Assembly: GCA_002269645.1 (NCBI GenBank)
Contig: NIVC01001631.1
Coordinates: 151,886 to 215,885 of the forward strand
Direction: 5' to 3'
DNA from: Macrostomum lignano
Lineage: Eukaryota
DNA: 64,000 nt
Part shown: positions 61,901 to 64,000 of the stretch, piece by piece
Position numbering within the stretch: position 1 is the first letter of the stretch
How the letters are laid out: every line of letters starts with the position of its first letter
Made by a program: the position numbers and the translations under genes
The notes under the pieces: model-generated
What the model was told of the DNA's origin: nothing
Database searches by the model: none
Seen by the model: the letters and a program-made list of their open reading frames with translations, nothing else

Positions 61901-63442
61901 ACTTTTTTATTTCAAAGTTTCTATCCTTAAAGAAAGATAAACCAGATCGAGACTGCAAACTGCCTAAAAAATCCCCCAGGCCACACGCTGACCAACTCTG
62001 CGTCCTCCAATTCGTCATCTTGCGGCTGAAAAATCAATAAAAAATCGATAAAAAATCGATATTGTTTCTAAGAAAACTTTTGTGAATAAGAAAAAACTCG
62101 GTGACCAATTTCTGTGACTATTTTTATTTAAACAAATATTGAAACACAGAATTGATTAATTGGATTCAGACTTCGCCCCTGCGCCGCCGCTCCAGTTGGG
62201 CATCCTCGTAAGCGGTTCTCTCAACTGAGGTTACTATGCAGCCTGCGCGAGCCAGCAGCTGCAAACAGTTTGCAGAATTCTTCCATTTGTGATTTGTGGG
62301 CCGATCCGTACAAGACTGCTTAGATAGATATTCATATTTTGCTCAGGCATGTACGGCTTCTTTGTAGGCAAATGCTTGAAATATTGTCAGGTAATTAGTT
62401 GCTCCTCTGCTCTCTCTCTTCTTCCCTCTGTCCCCTCTCTCTCCTTCCCTCTGTCCCCTCTCTCTCCTTCCCTCTGTCCCCTCTCTCTCCTTCCCTCTGT
62501 CCCCTCTCTCTCCTTCCCTCTGTCCCCTCTCTCTCCTTCCCTCTGTCCCCTCTCTCTCCTTCCCTCTGTCCCCTCTCTCTCCTTCCCTCTGTCCCCTCTC
62601 TCTCCTTCCCTGCCCCTCTCTCTCCCTCCCTGCCCCTCTCTCTCCTTCCCTCTGTCCCCTCTCTCTCCTTCCCTCTGTCCCCTCTCTCTTCTTCCCTCTG
62701 TCCCCTCTCTCTCCTTCCCTTTGTCCCCTCTCTCTCCTTCCCTGCCCCTCTCTCTCCCTCCCTGCCCCTCTCTCTCCTTCCCTCTGTCCCCTCTCTCTCC
62801 TTCCCTCTGTCCCCTCTCTCTTCTTCCCTCTGTCCCCTCTCTCTCCTTCCCTCTGTCCCCTCTCTCTCCTTCCCTCTGTCCCCTCTCTCTCCTTCCCTCT
62901 GTCCCCTCTCTCTCCCTCCCTGCCCCTCTCTCTCCTTCCCTCTGTCCCCTCTCTCTCCCTCCCTGCCCCTCTCTCTCCTTCCCTCTGTCCCCTCTCTCTC
63001 CCTCCCTGCCCCTCTCTCTCCCTCCCTGCCCCTCTCTCTCCCTCCATCAGTTCAGATCATACAGATTCAACATAAAAAACAAACCTATTGAACTGTATTT
63101 TCACACAACCGCCAACAACAAACTAATGTTCATCCCACCCCGATCTCAGCGCTCACCTGGGCCACCTTCTCAGACACGTTGTGCTTCATGGAGACAACGC
63201 TGGGAGAAAAGTACACCCCTGGCTGCTGCTGCGAGTCGCCGTCTTTCGCCAGCAGGACGCTGCCAGACTCCCAGTCGTACGGGGGCGGGTCGCTCAAGTC
63301 GAAATCGGAATCGTTGTTGCGCTGCGCGTTGCGAACTGGACCGGTTTGGAATTGAGGCAGGGGGGGGTGTTGCGGCTGTTGCTGAGGAATGCGCCTTGCT
63401 CTGGGAAAATCTTTTTCCACAAACAAGTGTTCACAAGTTTTC
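55599..63442 (-). CDS. KCNH2/6/7 (erg): ERG-type voltage-gated K+ channel (Kv11/KCNH2/6/7 family); 5'-partial
   Basis: Exons (-): 63442-63157, 61461-61267, 60919-60683, 59807-59580, 58941-58364, 57942-57671, 56918-56466, 55916-55599; motifs HNVSEKVAQ|[64 protein letters not shown]-terminal coiled coil; one G-homopolymer frameshift at ~56680. Confidence 0.96.
55863..55919 (-). repeat. (CAG)19 at the 3' splice site / start of the last ERG exon (polyQ)
   Basis: 57-nt CTG run on + strand. Confidence 0.95.
56060..56440. repeat. GCGGATTTAAAGAGCGGGTTTT(G)n minisatellite
   Basis: ERG intron. Confidence 0.9.
56965..57280. repeat. 30-bp minisatellite GGGAGGTCAGTTGACCCACTGTATTATCTA, degenerating to ~57560
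   Basis: ERG intron. Confidence 0.9.
57965..58350. repeat. 12-bp minisatellite GTCAGTGAGGGT
   Basis: ERG intron. Confidence 0.9.
58980..59430. repeat. 16-bp minisatellite GAGACAGACAGAGGGT
   Basis: ERG intron. Confidence 0.9.
59840..60620. repeat. 35-bp minisatellite AATTTCTAAGAAATCTCACTCAATGAGAAATGGAC
   Basis: ERG intron. Confidence 0.92.
62405..63045. repeat. 22-bp TC-rich minisatellite CCTCTCTCTCCTTCCCTCTGTC
   Basis: ERG intron. Confidence 0.9.
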
Positions 63443-63507
63443 CTGAATAACTGTAACTCGTTATTCAGCATTGCAACTCGTTTAACCCCTGTGTTTTATC
63501 TCCCGCA

Positions 63508-64000
63508 GCTCACTCCATCTCTCCCTTCCTCTCCCTCCCTCTCTCCCTTCCTCTCCCTCCCTCTCTCCCTTCCTCTCCCTCCCTCTCTCCCTTCCTCTCC
63601 CTCCCTCTCTCCCTTCCTCTCCCTCCCTCTCTCCCTCCCTCTCTCCCTTCCTCTCCCTTCCTCTCTCCCTTCCTTTCGAGGCTCTCTCTCTTCCTTCCCT
63701 CCTTTCCTCCCTCTCCCTTTATCTCTTTCCCTTTCCCTACCTCTCCCTTTCTCTCCCTCCCCTCACTGTCTTCGTTAACTCACTGTCTCCCTCGCTCCCT
63801 TCCTCTCTCCCTTCCTTTCCCTCTTTTTTCCCCTTTCTCTCCCTACCTCTCCCTTCATCTCCCTACCTCTCCCTTCATCTCCCTACCTCTCCCTTCATCT
63901 CCCTACCTCTCCCTTCATCTCCCTACCTCTCCATTCATCTCCCTACCTCTCCATTCATCTCCCTACCTCTCCCTTCATCTCCCCACCTCTCCATTCATCT
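63508..64000. repeat. TC-rich repeats ending in the 20-bp unit CTCCCTTCATCTCCCTACCT
   Basis: ERG intron, runs off the window. Confidence 0.9.

Noticed and set aside
62343-63091. Arg/Glu/Gly-rich and Pro/Ser/Leu-rich ORFs
   Set aside because: 22-bp TC-rich minisatellite in an ERG intron

Overview
Eukaryotic (metazoan invertebrate) genomic DNA with GT-AG introns and one assembly gap (41940-42161). The style, with almost every sizeable intron filled by its own minisatellite, resembles a free-living flatworm such as Macrostomum, but the species is an inference. (1) 761-37279 (+): 42 manually traced exons with consistent splice phases (~16.1 kb coding, >5,300 aa, N-terminus upstream of the window) encode a giant polycystin-1 (PKD1)-like receptor-channel. 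Its ectodomain is a string of lectin/recognition modules (fucolectin/FTP-like, F5/8C discoidin, C-type lectin, LamG/pentraxin-like, kringle-like, PAN-like, fibrinogen C-terminal, EB/EGF-like), followed by three uncharacterised Cys-rich repeats, PKD repeats, REJ, GAIN with a degenerate GPS, PLAT and the polycystin channel. The assembly shows at least four frameshifts and a 138-bp duplication in it. (2) 38.9-40.6 kb: a DIRS/Ngaro-type tyrosine-recombinase retroelement remnant and a Mutator-like MITE. (3) 44.2-46.9 kb: the putative 3' end of an orphan membrane-protein gene. (4) 48635-53140 (+): a complete 8-exon ZDHHC2/15/20-type palmitoyltransferase. (5) 55599-63442 (-): an ERG (KCNH2/6/7-type) K+ channel whose 5' end is outside the window. 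Also present: a tRNA/CORE-like SINE, a TA-flanked MITE, an RTE LINE lacking its RT domain and about 35 minisatellites, including higher-order arrays and one whose seed is visible at 1, 2 and ~101 copies. Most long ORFs in the supplied track are tandem-repeat artefacts.
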